Shown: positions 1 to 15,000, counted from the first letter of the stretch. The stretch: 64,000 bases of DNA from Tubulanus polymorphus (GCF_964204645.1 NC_134035.1:11502451-11566450); one strand, 5' to 3'. The notes: a model not told the origin generated them from the sequence alone. Made by a program: numbers and translations.

Positions 1-135
1 ATCTATGAGAACTTTTCAAACTCATTCAAGCTGATCGTGAATTTTAGAAAAGACACAAAACGGGATGGAAAATAAACAATATCGTTGAATATTGTGATTT
101 AACTATACTGTATTTATATCCGGATTGGATTACAC

Positions 136-510
136 AGTGAAGGCTTAGATTTAAGTTCAGCCTTAGTCTCTCTTAATTCAAGACCCACCAATCTAACTAC
201 TTAAGATCGGTCTTCGATTTTAAGAACACTCGGGCCGGTTCCTCAGTTGAGACTTAAGTCCAAAAATGGTCTTAGATTTTAAGACTGGTCTTAAGTTGTT
301 AGATTGGTTATAGAACTAAAATGGTCTTAAATTGGTCTTAAGTCTAAGCCATGACTATCGAACTGGGCCACCTGAAGCCCACTTGTACTGTGAAGGCTTA
401 GATTTAAGATCAGTCTTAGTCCATCTTGGTTCAAGCCTATCTTTACGAGTTAAGGCGAGTCTCATGATTTAAGAACACTTTCGGATGCGAGTCAAGCTAA
501 CTGGGCCCTG
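136..510. mobile_element. Cluster of nested CTTAAG-rich MITEs (family also at about 17306-17447 and 49407-49547)
   Basis: GGGCC(G/A)GTT..ACTTAAGTCCAAA..GGTCTTAAGTTGTTAGATTGG..AAGCCATGACTAT..AACTGGGCC shared among copies. Confidence 0.7.
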
Positions 511-2472
511 GTTTCTGGATCTATAGATCCAGGTTTATCTTGGGATCTAATGGATAATTGATGAAAACACGCAAAATGTCCCTTCAAGCAACACAGTATC
601 ATTTACATTCTACAATTCAGTTTGATACTGATGGATATAGTGTTCACCCGTACACGGTTAGTTGCGCGACTGTGGAGTGCACTTGAAATATAGACAAATT
701 TATCAGGCCGGCAGTGTCGACGTCGTGCATATTGTAGTACCATCGAGTTTCGTTTTCCTGGCCGAAACATTCGTCGCTGCTTTCTGTTGATATCGGAAAT
801 ATACGCGTTGTTTAAAAACGTCGCTTGAAAAACAATAGATGCAGCGTTATACACACACACGCGCGTGCACGCAGTGTAGTGCGGCTGAATACTGGGTCCG
901 GTTTCACGAAAAAGTTTAAGCCTAAAACGGTTTAGTTTGAATTGTTGTCTTCATTGAAAACATGAAGTAACCATTAGCAATTACACCAAAAATTTGAGTT
1001 TAACTTTTTTGTGAAACTGGGCCCTGATCATGATTAGTTTAAACCAAATTTACATAACGCTCCCCTAATACATCAAAGTAGTTATTCATTTGGACCTGTT
1101 CTACAATTCTGTATTTCATTTTGAGCCTGGTAGAGAGATATTTTACTCACAAATGATTAGTTTATTGAACTGGGTCAAAATTATCGAAAATGTCTTCATT
1201 CAAAATTTCAAATACTTAATTCATCGAACACCGGCCTGTAATTGAAAGATTGCTTTTCAATCCCGTACACGTCCTCAAAATAACACGAACCAAATTCTGG
1301 ATCATTTGCGAGTTGCGATTTCATTCTTGATTCGAATTATCGAGGAAAATCGAACTAGTAAAAATCTAGTCCGAACTTCACTGACTATGTGCTTACTGCA
1401 TCCAGGGTTCGACGAATTTAAGAGAATATTTTTTTCAACGATTCGCATCACTTTTTCGAGTCGATACTAATTTTATGCATGAATTCATTATTTACTTTTC
1501 TTTCCGTTCCAGGAGATAATGGAGGTAAAGTTGTGTTTTATGCGTGTAGCGTTAGAATTTACGTATTAATTCTTTAACCTAGTTTTTTCTGCTTTCACCT
1601 GACGAGATGGTTTCTTTCTTACCCGTCCTTATTGTAACATAGATTAACGAAATCGGAACGTTTAGATATTTGAGGCATACGGTTCCATCGCAGATCTTCA
1701 ACAAGTGATGACTATTCATATATAAGATTATATCATATATTCAAGACCATATATATGCAAAGCTTAATTGGATATTAAAGATATTAATTTGCTGCTGATT
1801 CGGAAGATTTTTAAGCTATATTACTTAATTACGCAGTTTGAATTTTATACTGTCTAATCCACAGTTACTGGACAAATAGCTTAAAAGCTTTATCTGAGCA
1901 GTAACCTAACAGTTCAATCGGGTATTGGTCTCATAGATAAGCCGTTTGTTGAATTCTGAATTCAAAACTTTATTTCTTTTTTGTAACAAGGCTGGACATT
2001 TGGCATTATGCGACATAAAGACCGATACTTGTAGATATGAATGCCGTTGATAACTGCAAACCAAAACTGTGGCACTTGCGTCCAAGGAGGTGCACAAATT
2101 GAAGGGATCATTATTTCATCTCTTTGTAGTTGTAACCTAAAAACTCAGTACCGATCACGCGGCATTTGATATCCTCCATCTGCAGTTTCTGAAAGAATTT
2201 AAAAATGCGTGTCATATGAGATGAGTAATGCGCAGATGATTTTGCCGTAGACTTTGAGTAAAGTATACAGGACAAAAATGCTCGAGGCTTTTACAGTGAA
2301 TTAATCTGCAACACGGATATAGACCTTCGTATTGTTGTGTGAATTCAATTTCTAAAAACCTCCGTGAAAATGCTTTGTGCTTGAAACTCCAGAAATTTGA
2401 GCAAAGTGCCCAGGACTCTTTAAAACTCCTTCAATTTTGAAAAATAGGCAATAAGATATTTTTGAAGTTGTA

Positions 2473-2646
2473 CAGTAGACCGCTTCTAAATCGGTCAGTT
2501 GGGATCTGGATTTGTGTTTACTAAATTTGGCGGTTACCGAATAAGAAATCGAGGTTAGGTAGTCTTAGAGATAAAAATTTCCTTACAAAACCACCAAATT
2601 AACGGTGTACCGAGATAAACTGTACCGATTTAGGAGGAGTCTACTG
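2473..2646. mobile_element. Tc1/mariner-type MITE (related copies near 20540-20712, 46550-46710, 50436-50582)
   Basis: TIR CAGTAGAC..CTAAATCGGT / ACCGATTTAG..GTCTACTG flanked by TA. Confidence 0.75.
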
Positions 2647-3173
2647 TAATTGGTATATGAAAGTGATGCAGACACTTCCTCGAAAAATTTGGAATTTTTT
2701 CCTTGAAAATTTATATCCAGGAATGACTGATGTGAAGTGACCCTGCATTATAAGCATGGCATCATGAAAAATCATGTAAACGAATTGTGGAGTGATTGGG
2801 CGATGCTATTTTATATTTTGTAGTGTTTAATTGCTCTTGAGGCAGTCGTTATAAAGCGACAAGATGACGTCTCGCGATAAACCGTGTAATTTTATAGTCA
2901 TCAATATCACATTTAAGAATGCCAGTAAAATATGCGCGAAGCGAGTGTTCGCGTCTCAAGATGTATGTACTTAATATCGTATAGTATTATGACAGGTTCT
3001 ATTGTTAACACCTGCCGTGTTATGAAAGGAAATGGAATTCACGTTTGTCGGACCTGAATCGACTTAACTATTTAATAGCGCGCTTCGTAACTGCTGGTTT
3101 TTCGTTTTCGAGTCGGAAAAATTTCTAGCCTACTTCCAGAGTCGGAAAATTCCTCGTCAAATTTTTCAGATAT

Positions 3174-3442
3174 CACGATTGGTAGAACACTATATCTGTG
3201 TTGACGCGATGAGGAGAGAATCCCACAATTATAATAAAAAGTCCGAAAATGAATCTTCGAGATAGTAGTTTATCTCAACGTTTCGACTATATCCTAACAG
3301 TCATCTTCAGGTATAATGAATTATTCCTGACTATTCCATTATTCCTGAAGATGACTATTAGAATATTGTCGAAACGTTGAAATAACTTACTAATCTCGAA
3401 GTTTCATTTTTGGACTTTTTATTATCATTGTGGGATTCTCTC
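3174..3442. mobile_element. Palindromic hammerhead-core element, family A (Penelope-like non-autonomous)
   Basis: Two inverted arms each with CTGAAGA..GAAACGTT; flanking direct repeat TTTTCAGATATCA (3163-3175, 3444-3456). Confidence 0.75.
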
Positions 3443-4265
3443 CTTTTCAGATATCATCTCGTACTGAAAAATTTGAATTATTTACATTTGCGCTATCTTC
3501 GTAGTTAGTTTAGGTTTTCTTTGACCTATTCATAGATTGTCTAAATAATGTATAATTCATAGAATTCAAAGTAGTCAATATTAGTAGAACTGTGATTAAT
3601 GTTTTTTTGCCCGAATGAATTCAAGGTCTTTGATACTCCTTTTACCTGTACTACCCACATACTGACATTGTACGAGTATATTTTCATTGACTATGAATTT
3701 AGTCTGCGCTCATTCTTTCATATGGTGTGCAGTATAACCCGGAAGCTATCGACCAGTATTGTATACCTGTTCATTTGAATGTCGATTGAAGTTCATTATT
3801 TTCGACTTGTTTTGCATATACTAGTAGATCGACATGTTATCTCTGACCAGGAAATTGCTCTACTCACTATATCCGGGTTGAACTAAAATTCCCAACTTTT
3901 TTTTACCCATTATATCTAGTATCCGCACCCCTTATTAGCTTTCGAAAAATGTCTGCTGTTTACTGGTATGGCTACCTTTTGGTGGTGTGGTAGAAATAGA
4001 TATTTTTGGGTCGATTGGGGATCCAAATTTTTTTTACCCTTCCCTTAAGAACATATAAATCAAACGAAATTTACCAGCCAAATAAATAACAGGGAAATTC
4101 CCTATTTTAAGATGAAAAAAAGAACATAGCTATTTAACTAAAGAAAGATCCATGTTTGTGGAGGCAGGACCTATTAGTCCTTGAAGATGTTGATTAAGAA
4201 TGATTCAAAAATTGATTTGTAATAGTTTTTTCTTAGTTAATAAAGATGTATACATGGTTTTGCAG

Positions 4266-7200
4266 GAACAAGATCATCTGAAGAGGGCTGATCTCATGTT
4301 GAGGGAAGCGGACAAAATCCAGTGTCGCATGTTCGTCTCGCCACAAGACGTCGTCAGCGGCAACCAGAAACTGAATTTAGCTTTCGTCGCGAATCTATTC
4401 AACAACTACCCGGCGTTGGATGTCGGCGATCGGGCGTCCGACGTGGAAGTCGCCGGAGAGACTCGCGAGGAAAAAAGTACGTATTTTATTCGCCCTCGCC
4501 CGTCGTATTTAGGATTCTTTTCAATTTGATTGAAAACAGCCTCAGGTTTTATGACGGACTGGAAAATGAGGCGTACGTGTCTGCGGTAGTCAACATTCTG
4601 GGTAGATTTTTTACAGCTTCAGTTGACTCCGCTTGCCTGAGATGCAACGCGACACCAATGAACTCCACAGAGCTGTTAACTGTCCGTGATTATCAAGTAT
4701 ACTCCCTGAAAAATGCATCGCTGTCCCTGATGGTGGTTTTTTCATGCTATTGAAAATCTATTGGTTCCCTATTGTCGCTCTAAAAATTATTCTATTTCTT
4801 CAATTTCCCTAATTGTGTCCCTGAAAATTTATCTTTTTGACCCTGATTTCGAAATTTTGGGGCAGTCGGAACAACAATCTGTCATCATTTTTATAAACTT
4901 TTTATAAATCCCCTTACCCTTGATTCGTTGTTGGCAAAAGCTGAAAGGTTTCGACGTTTGTGCGAACGCGTTGTTTTACCAAAACATTTTCAAATCTAAA
5001 TTGAATGAATATTGCTATTTCAAGAGGAAATTGAAGTGATCGTAAAGGAAAGTCGCGAAGAGCGTGGTAGGTACAGTCACACGGTAGTAGTATATATGAT
5101 ATTCTGTGCGTCCATTCTCGGCTCCGGTTCTCCTTCTCAACGAGTAGTCACTCTCGAGGTTCTCTCTCCGAAGAGCTCTCGTTTTCGAGCTCTTGCTGGC
5201 AAAACTTTCGAGCTCGACGAAAAATTCTTCCTCGCACTTTCTCGGGCTATAGACCCTTCTAACTGTAGGCTGGCTTCGTTTAAAGCCTAGCGCACGCGGA
5301 CAAAAAAATTATGAAACAAGAAACAGTTTGTGTTAAAAACGTTTTTACTTTTCTATATCTGTGATACATTTATGTTTTTGTTTCTTGTTTCGTGTGCGTA
5401 GGTTTTACTGAAGACATTGCCTTCAGTTAGTGGAGAAGGGTCGTATAGTCCGAATGCCATAAATACTCCTCGGTAATGGGTACAACCCGGTATTCCCGGT
5501 CAGTAATTGGAAAACCTCGAACAATCGCATCAGACAAGATTTAGATCGGGCCCTATTGGTAAATTTTACTTAACCAAAAGGTAGCCTTCCCTCCCTTTAT
5601 ATAAAACACAGTCGAGATTCCTTCACACTAGAACTTGTTGCACAGCGGTGAATGAACTCTCATTGTCCCTGAATGAACTCCCTACAATTCCTTGATTCCT
5701 TTTAAAAAAACTTATCTATAGGGACCCTGGTTCTCGGCAGTTTTGAAATCCAAAATGTCACGGACCTAACAATATGAGTAAAATTTTCTTGCTCTCTGGA
5801 ACCTGGTGGTATACTGGTGATACTGGTGTATACTGGTTGTATACTGATTAATTCGTCCCATGGATCAACGCATGAGGGGCATATTGACCTGAATTACAAA
5901 CTGTCTACGGCAATGTTATGTTATGTCCTTCAATGTTATGAATTTTTCAAATCATTAAATCGTCGATATTTGACGCTCTTGTTAATTTCATACTGTTATT
6001 TGTCAGTACATATGCGTCAGTTGTACGTGTCCCCTCGAGGCGCGTAACACTGCGAATCAGTTCACTGAGGCAAATTTCTGTTCAGAGAAGTTATCGCGTT
6101 TATTGCACGTACAGAAAATGCGTGTTCTATTATAACTATCGCAGGGTGACCTCTCTCTGACCCGGATAAACTCGGGGAATCTGAAAAAAAATCGGGGAAA
6201 AACTTGGGGGAATTTCACAGTTTTGATTTGACCAAAAACCTGGAAAACACAGGGAATTTTGATGATGCTATTGACCTCGTGCTTCTTTATCAATACGTGA
6301 TTCATAAAAAATGAATAAATTGAATATATCTGCAGAGAAATAACTGCTGTCAACACAATTTGCCTCCATGTTAGGAAACTACTGTACTACGTGCCTGAAG
6401 TTGTCCGGTGCTACTGCATTCTGAGGGAGTGTTCAAAAAGTACCCCGAAATTTCCTGATTTTTTACCCACCCCGTACCACCTTTGTATCAGAATTACTGA
6501 CCCCCCTCTTAGGTAGGTTACGATTATGATTACGATTGCAATTATGATTAGAATTGCTAGATAGTGTTCCTAATTATTACACTTGCTTGATTGAAAAAAA
6601 ATTTCTTGCAAAAACCATCTCGATTATACACAATATTAGCACAAATATTGGCGATTGAGTATATCAACTTAAAGACTGTTATACTCTGCATGTATAAAGT
6701 ATGTAAGTTTGTTCTACTATCCTCTCCTGTATCCTGTTTAGTTATGAAAATTAAAACCCTCCCTCCCGAACAAGTGTGAACTTATTGAACGCTCCCATAG
6801 TATTTACTATGCATCAAAACAATAAACTGTCACGATATTATTATCATTATTCTTACTTATATTATGCTTTTATTAATGCAGTATTGAGCGAAGCTGGATT
6901 TCTAGTGCTTTATTTCAGGTTGTGGTGATTTGGGTTTTATCTGGGTTGATGTTTTCGGTGCGATCCCTCTTGTTGGTGTAACCGACAATTTTTGTGATTC
7001 TTATCGAGCGAGGCAATTTTTCAGCGATATTTTCTGGATTTTTTTTTAAGCCTACCGAAACTGGATAAACAGCACGAGCGGGGGCTTTATTTATCATCTG
7101 TACAGCGACCTGTGCGATGGACTCGTCATCTTGAAGATGTTCGACAAGATTGAGCCGAGCTGCGTCAATTGGTCGAAAGTTAACCTGCCGCCGTACCGCC

Positions 7201-9188
7201 AACTGTCGGCCAACTTCAAAAAGCTAGGTGAGTACTGTGGCCACTTGCCTGGAAATTAAGAAGTCATGGAAATTTCTTTTCTTTAACCCTTTCAGTGCTG
7301 ACTAATTAATACCCTATAGTGCTGGAGAAAATTTGAAAATTCTAAAAAATTCCACCCTAGTGTGTTGAACAATGGGAATTCCACTATAGTGCGTCTACAC
7401 CGCAGTGCGGTCTATCGTTAGTTACTAGTATTTCACTATGTTTGACACTTGCTGCCATTTTTCAATGGAGATAATTACAAATTACTAATTACATCAATAC
7501 ACCACAGTGCGGTGTACTAGCAAAATCCATCACTGATTTATACACCGCACTGCGGTGTAGATGCACTGAAAGGGTTAAAAAAGTCGGGGAATTTCATGTG
7601 ATACAAGATTTGATGAGTTGGGCCACCTATATTACAACCATTAGCCCCCTGAAATTCATCCAGGCTTAGTTGGATAAGTGAGCGCTCGGATCTGTCATGT
7701 TCATACTCCAAATTCCCGAAGATTTCAAAAATAGGAAAATGTTGATTTCCATATGGAACTATGTCTAGTTTATTCTTAACTAATCCGTTCAAATCCCACT
7801 GTAGCCATTTACGTGTAGCAGATGAAAAAAGAGTCTGGTGGATTCGGGTGGCTTGAGGAGTAATAGGCAGCGCGGATATGGGTGGCTTGAGGGCCATTGC
7901 CCAAGTCAACACCATATTAATGTAGAAACTTTGTTATCGCATGTATTATCATCTGTATTGCCTTTGGAGTATGCGTTAAAAAACAATATGGGTAAATCGT
8001 ATAGGTATAGATATATATGTTATCATTGCAGAAAACTGTCGATACTGCATCGAACTCGGTAAAGGTATGGACTTCTCGCTGGTTGGAATCGACGGAGGGG
8101 ATATCGCTACCATGAACAGTACGTTGACGTTAGCGCTCCTCTGGCAAATGATGAGAGCGTATACTCTCAATATCCTGATGAAAGTGAAACAAGATGGCGC
8201 CCCGGTACAGGAAAAAGAGATCATCGCCTGGGCGAATGAAAAGGTAAGTTATTCTTTCACAAGTGTGTCGGAAGCAATAATCAAATCAACAACTTAGAGC
8301 GACATACTTATATATTTTGAGTCTACGCTAAGGCTGATACCTATATAGGAAATGAAAATGCAATAAATGTTTTGAACAGTTCAGATGCTAGATGATGTAA
8401 CAACCTGTTATCGCAACCAAAAAGAAGTAATGACTTATAATAGCTTATAAGACTAATTACTATTAACATCAATATACCGGGATGCTGTGTTCTAGCACTG
8501 CACTGCGCTGCGGTGTAGAAAGGTTAAATCATAGGAAATGAATCAATTTTAACTGAAGAGTCAAATTTAACCATCAAGTGAAATCTCGGGACGTCTTGAT
8601 GTCATTTGAAACTGCTTAGTTAGCACGTTACATATCCGATTGTAAGCTGAACTTTAATCAAATATCCGATTGTAAGCTGAACTTTAATCAAATGCGAATC
8701 ATGGAAATATCGCGGTACTGGAATAAGGATTTTATCGCCTGTCATATATGATGTTCATTTTATAGTTAATCCAAGGTGGATTCAAGCACCAGATAAACAA
8801 TTTCAAAGATCCAGCCCTGAAAACAGGTGTTATCCTCGTCGAGCTGGTCGCAGCCATCAAGAAGAATATAGTCAACTTTGATCTGCTCTCTGATGGAAAC
8901 AGCGATGAGGTAAGTAGTTGATAGAGTTGATTTAGTCTTTACCTATGCCTAAACTTGATATAGTTTAAACTGAAAGTTGGAATGTTTTTCAAATGTTTTC
9001 CGTTTCAGGACTATATGGCGAACGCAAAATACGCGATCGGCGTCGCAAGGAAAGCCGGCGCCGCCGTGTACGCTCTGCCCGAAGATATCGTCGAAGTCAA
9101 CCCGAAAATGTTGCTGACGATGTTCGCTTTCCTGATGTTGTTAGACATTAATATATCGACGGGCTCGAATGAGACACGAGCGATCTAA
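4266..9188 (+). CDS. Plastin/fimbrin (actin-bundling, CH domains); 3' exons only: 4266-4476, 7051-7227, 8032-8243, 8766-8909, 9009-9188. 5' part lies upstream of the window
   Basis: Plastin motifs [98 protein letters not shown]; GT-AG exons join in frame. Confidence 0.95.
7287..7574. mobile_element. piggyBac-type MITE (degenerate copies near 8450-8528, 22020-22105, 39240-39330, 48134-48352)
   Basis: TTAA-CCCTTTCAGTGC ... GCACTGAAAGGG-TTAA. Confidence 0.8.
8632..8693. repeat. Exact 30-bp tandem duplication in a plastin intron
   Basis: ATATCCGATTGTAAGCTGAACTTTAATCAA occurs twice. Confidence 0.9.
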
Positions 9189-11539
9189 AACACGTATCAT
9201 CACGAGGAGGGCGCGAAACCCATAAAACATCACAGAACATCATAGAACATCATCGTTATTAGGGTTAATCAAGAACTATCATCGCTTATTGGCTGTAAAA
9301 AAGCGTACCACGCGTTTTTGTCAATCGGTGTTCGTACGGTCTCCAAAACAAAACGTTCAAAATAGTAATTGAAAAATGGGATTTAGAGATTCGGGTTTGT
9401 AAAACCTGTAGAGAAATGAGTGTAAAGATCGAGTATGAGTTGGAGTCTATATACTACAAGAAAGCTTCATACTGATTGACGAATTCATTCAATGAGACCA
9501 GTGGTGTTGAAGTAATGATGACTGGTTAAGAAGACTGATGTTAATCTCAGTATTCAGAGTTTGAGTTAAAGTTAAGGTTAAGGGGTAATTCGTAGATCGT
9601 GGGAATAATAGGGTCTGGATTTTGTTTTTTACTGAAAATAGATCTCGAGTAGGAGCTGTACGAATTCTGGTTAGATAAAACCGAAAGGATAGAAGAACTT
9701 GATCGCGAAATAGAAAACAAACGAATGAATGGCCGTATTATTTGTTCGTCATAGAGAAATGTTCGTTAATATACCGAAAGAGAAAAACAAGAAACTGAAG
9801 TATTTTACGCAACGCGATAGAAGAATATATGCAACAAAAACGTTTTTATTGTTGAAAGAAAATTGAAAATTTTTGTACATATATATAGATATATATATCA
9901 TATGTAACTGAGTATGAAAGGCTACGTATGATTTTGAAAACATTTCGAAATTTTATTACCGTAATGCGGCGTATTTTACGAAGCGGGGATATTCAATACG
10001 GGGAAGGGAAGAATGCGTCCATTGCTTGTATATAGTGTGATGATTCTGAAGAAAATCTACTTCGATCGAAGTATCGACTATAAAGTGTGCCAACAATTGT
10101 CTTCTGCCGCGATCACGCCAAACGAGGCCCCGAACGTTCACACTGGTGCCAAGTGGCCCAACCAAAGATGTTTGAGACCAGGACATTCATGCCAAGTTTT
10201 AGCACGGGTCAAATTATTGCGTGTGAATGCTCATCGGTTCTGGCAGTGACTCGCCTCACTTGCCACAGCATCATTTTCATAGTATTTCAGTAATGAGTGA
10301 GTGATTGATGTGACTCTGAGCGCGGCTCAAATCTGACTTGGGTCTGGTCGGGCTAGTTCGACCCAGGCCAAATTGTCTCCACGTGATCGCGGCTTTAATT
10401 CCATTTTACTAGGGAACAATTCACTCTCTGATGATTTACCGAATATTTTTAGATTTCGAAATTTTTTCGCAGTTTATAATTCCATAAAGAAAATATTTAA
10501 CAAGTATTAATACAGTTACTTATCGTCGTAATAGTTTCCATTCCTATTCAGATCTTGTAAAGAAAAAACATTCCTCTTTGTTTTTTTTTTCGACGTTTAA
10601 TGCTAATACTTGTTAATTTTCTAGACATTCTGTATTGTTATTTGCCAATTGTTCGAACGGGCAACTTGCCATCCATCTGATGGAAGGTATGATAGTGTTA
10701 TGGGAATTAACTTTTGGTTTTTCCGTAGAATTTCAAGTTGGTTAGTTGAGTTGTTCAGAAGTATACTGCTGCCGCGAAAAAGAGAATTTCACAAGTGCAA
10801 TCCTCGATTTCCACAGCACTTTTCACCATTCGGTCCATTCCGTCAATCTTTTGTCTTCATGATAATTATTACTGCTTCAGTCAACATAAATATTCCTTCT
10901 AGCTTCCATTTATTTAAAAAAATTAAAGTTTTCATTTTTGTTTTTTGAAGAAATTATTATACATAACCGTTTCTCATCTTGCCAATGACATTTCGTTTGG
11001 AAAATTGCTTGCCATTTTTTTTGCATTTATTTTTATCGATTCGATTTTTTTTTCAGTTCATGACATCGATATCGATACAAGCTGCTTGTATAAAAAATCC
11101 CTGTTTTCCCTGTAACAACTTTCCATTCTTTTATGCTTATCGATAATGTTTAGAAAGTTGATTTGGTTTGACATGTGTAATCTCCATCTTACAATGAGGC
11201 GCCGACAGACCTGTTAGCTGTTACCGCAGTTCGAGCTGCAATACAGGACAGAATAGTTCCACAGTTGAGTTCCTAGGCTCGGTAGTTGTGTTTGTTTGTG
11301 ATAAAAAAGGCACGTGTTTCTGGTACAAAATGCAAGTAAGAAACATCGCATAATTTCCAATCGCATTTTAACCCATCCTCCTTCGGAAGTGATTCGAACC
11401 AGATTGCATCTCTCGACTCGGCCATGGCACGAAACCCTGCCACGCTAGACCCGGTGTGCAGGTTTACCGCACAAAAACATCTACCAGCAATCAGATTGCG
11501 TCTTGTATAATCGATTGGGCAAATTTCACGGAAAAAACA

Positions 11540-11812
11540 AAATAATAATAATAATAATAATAATAATATGTGTCTTATAAAGCGCTAAATCCAGCCAGGC
11601 TGCTCAGAGCGCTTTACATTTTCGGTATTATTACCTAGGCCAATTTTATACTCTAACATGTATCAGTCATCTCTCCCTGGGGAGAAATAACACCGAGCTG
11701 CTAACAAGCGCTCTGGAGTCATCTCTCCGGCCAGGTACTCATTTACTCCTGGATGGAGAGAGATGATGAGGATAAGTGTCCTGCCCGAGGACACTACGGC
11801 AATGTACGGGGA
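11540..11812 (-). mobile_element. 5'-truncated copy of the same SINE
   Basis: Reverse complement of about 43992-44254, with (AAT)n tail at 11540-11567. Confidence 0.85.
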
Positions 11813-14800
11813 TATAACGGTAAATGGAAAAACCCGAAACTAGAATAAAATAGTATTTGCTGATTGGCGTCATCTGTCATATCAAATGGGGAGTCTCGAT
11901 GTAATTGGGTTCGAATCAGCGCCGACGGAGGATGATTCCGAATGAACCGGACAAAAAGTTTGTGCATCTAAATTGTTCTAGAATCGTCATTGTAAATGAT
12001 ATGATGCTGTATAGAGAATATTTATATATAAAAAGATTGCGGGGATTTTATTGTAAAAACTCGCCGTTCATTATTTTATCGGTGTCGGGTGTGATTTTAA
12101 GATATAGAGCTGCTACTGTTGATCGATGCTCGAATACGTTTCGCAATTAATCGACGATTCGTAATCGCGCGCGGCAACTACGCGAAACATTGTTTTAACG
12201 GTGATTTGTTTTGATACGTTATAATTGTGATAATTATTATTTTAAGTTGTACATATTGAAGAACTCTGAAGAGAGGATACAAAGTTTGGTAGAATTAGTG
12301 TATTTTAGCTTACGTAGAGTTTATTATTATGATTATTATTATCATTTAATCTTCTGGGTCATCGACTGGTTTGCACTCGGGCGATGGGGTTAACTCAGTT
12401 GACTAACTGGTCGATTAAAACTGGCCCCTGTATTTTACCCGAGAGATTCTTTTTTTAAACGCGCTTAGTTGGACGAGGCATGAATTAAGCTGCGGCAAAG
12501 TGCGGTACACCTTTGTTGAAATGATCAAAATCATCCAATCCTGACCATTATCTAGGATGCATACGCTATGTTATTACCTCTCTCCTTGTAAGTTGCTTGA
12601 CTGGTTTTGAACGCTCTGATATAAAGTACTAAACGTATTTTGCTGCAAGTTAAGTTGGTTTTTAGTTGCTTGTACACTTATCAGGAGGGCCGAAAAGTAT
12701 TTGTGATTGATATATGCTTTATTAAAGTCGGCACGAGATTTCTTGATTATTTGATGAATTGCTATTGAAGCTCCGCATGACCATCAAACCATCTATCTCA
12801 ATGACTAAGGCCTACAGGTTAAGACGACCTTTGAACAAATTCACAAAGAATCACTAGGGGCGTGTCACTACTTACCGCATCATTACATTTTAATGACACA
12901 CGAAAATTAGGAGATTTTGTTTACGACGCTTCCATTTCATTGAGTTGATTACTTGTGATATAGAATGATTAAACTGAATGGATTGTCCAGGGTTGTTTTA
13001 CTGCGTCTACGTGATTTGTACTTTGCCCATACAATTCACATCATTACGAAATAAGTTCTTCCATTTTGGTTTTTGTTCCTCACAGATTACCACTAGCGGT
13101 ACTTAATGTTCACGGATTCGCTCGCCGGGAATTTCGACCTGATTGCATTGCGACCCTCTGCGCGACAAGTTGAAACTCGGCACCGTAGTAAGATGGGTGC
13201 ATCGCCGGTATTATTGCCACGCAGGTCTACTACGGGAAGGGTTTGTAATGCCCAGGACCCGGTTCCACTGTTTATGGTTAAGATTTGACGTAGGCAGGTG
13301 TTCAGACATTGGAAATGAAATAGTTTTAATACTAGTTTAAATCTTAACCGATGACTGTGGGACTCGGTTTGAATTCTTTCTCGATGTTAAGATATTTCAA
13401 ATTGAACTACAGGGTTCACAGTAGTAAAGCGGAGGTAATAGTTAGCATTTTTTGTAAGTAAAAGTACCGTAAGCACTTTTTTAAAGCTAAGGTGACATTT
13501 ATCTTATCATTTATGACGGCAGCCCTCGTCCTTATCAATAGTGTCGTCGAAGCCCTTACAGTAATAATGTTGACATAACACATATTTGTCCAAAACAAAA
13601 AAATTTGGGATACCGGTACCGAAAGTCGAAGTCCGAGCTCTATTTATGCACAGTTTGGTGAAAAATTACATCAATTTTTAAGGGCCGTACTAAATATTTT
13701 CAAAAGGTAACAGTTTGCTATATGAACCCTGAACTGATGAAATGCCGCTTACTCTTTCAGCTACTCCGTCCAGTTGTCTAAATGGTGCTCATGTTTTTGT
13801 GCATTGATAACTGCCAATAGCTTTCTGTCGTCGGTCGTTCCTTCATTCTCGTCTTAGATGCAAAAATTAATATTTAGCATACGTAGAATTCTTCATCTCG
13901 CTATCTATATGTTGTAGTGTTAGACCCCGATGGTATTGTCAAGAATATCCCGTATTTTTGGGTTGATTTTTCGATTCTGAGCGATCCTTAAAGGTGTTAA
14001 TGTTACTAGAGTTGGTGAACAATTTCGTGTCTGTATAAACCTTCGTACTGTTATTGTGTTTTATAAGTGCAGTATAATATTGTGATGACGTTTGAATTGA
14101 TTTCATGTGAGTTCTATTCATTCCTTACTATATTACTAAACATAAGTTGATGTCGAGTAGGAAGGCACGTACTGTAGAATTTTATCAATTTCTTATGAAA
14201 CCCCATGTTCTTCGCGGAGAATAGTTATGACAATTTATCTAATCAATTGACAGGCATGAGGCACGTATAAGGGAGCGTTCAAATAGTTGGCAATTTGCCC
14301 ACTCCCCATATAGTATGAATTATATCGACGTATTTCATATTTTAGTCCCACCCTGCTATTATTATTTGGACACTCCCTCGGTGTGTTATGTGTGTTTAAT
14401 AGTCTGTTATATCGGCTCACATCTGCTCTGCTGAGCCACATGTTCATTTGTACAACATAATACAAGAGATTTTAAAATGAGAAAACTTTGTCATTCCAAA
14501 AAAAAAAAATCATACTTACATTTTCCATTATGAATGAAGAATAAAATGCGCCTTGCTGTATTGCAAGTAATTCATTGTTTCATTTGTTTTCGTTTTGAGG
14601 TTTTTATGTCTTGTCTGGTTGTAAATGTCTGCCATGTTAAGGTATGTTTGAGGAATTCGTTTACGAAACAACCGAACGCACCGATTCAGGAGCACTCTGC
14701 GTAATTGGGATATGAAAGTGATGCAGACACTAGAAATTTTCTGCCTTAAACTCCTTGAAATCTTAAATATCCAGGAATGACTGAGACCCTGCTTTCGATA

Positions 14801-15000
14801 ATCAGGAACTGTGCCTGAAAACTTAGAGGGGTTAGCAGATGGTTGGCAGAGATTGATTCTCTTCACCTGACCACAACAGGGATCTTAAACAATTCACGAC
14901 ATGACAACTGTATTATGCAGGCTGGAAAATTATTCATTTAACACAAAGCCTTCATTTTATTCTTGTGTAAAACCAGTATTTATTGCCTCTGAATAAAGCA

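Noticed and set aside
9749-14866. Short ORFs between plastin and AATF
   Set aside because: No motifs or consistent splice pattern; region looks like 3' UTR/intergenic sequence with repeats
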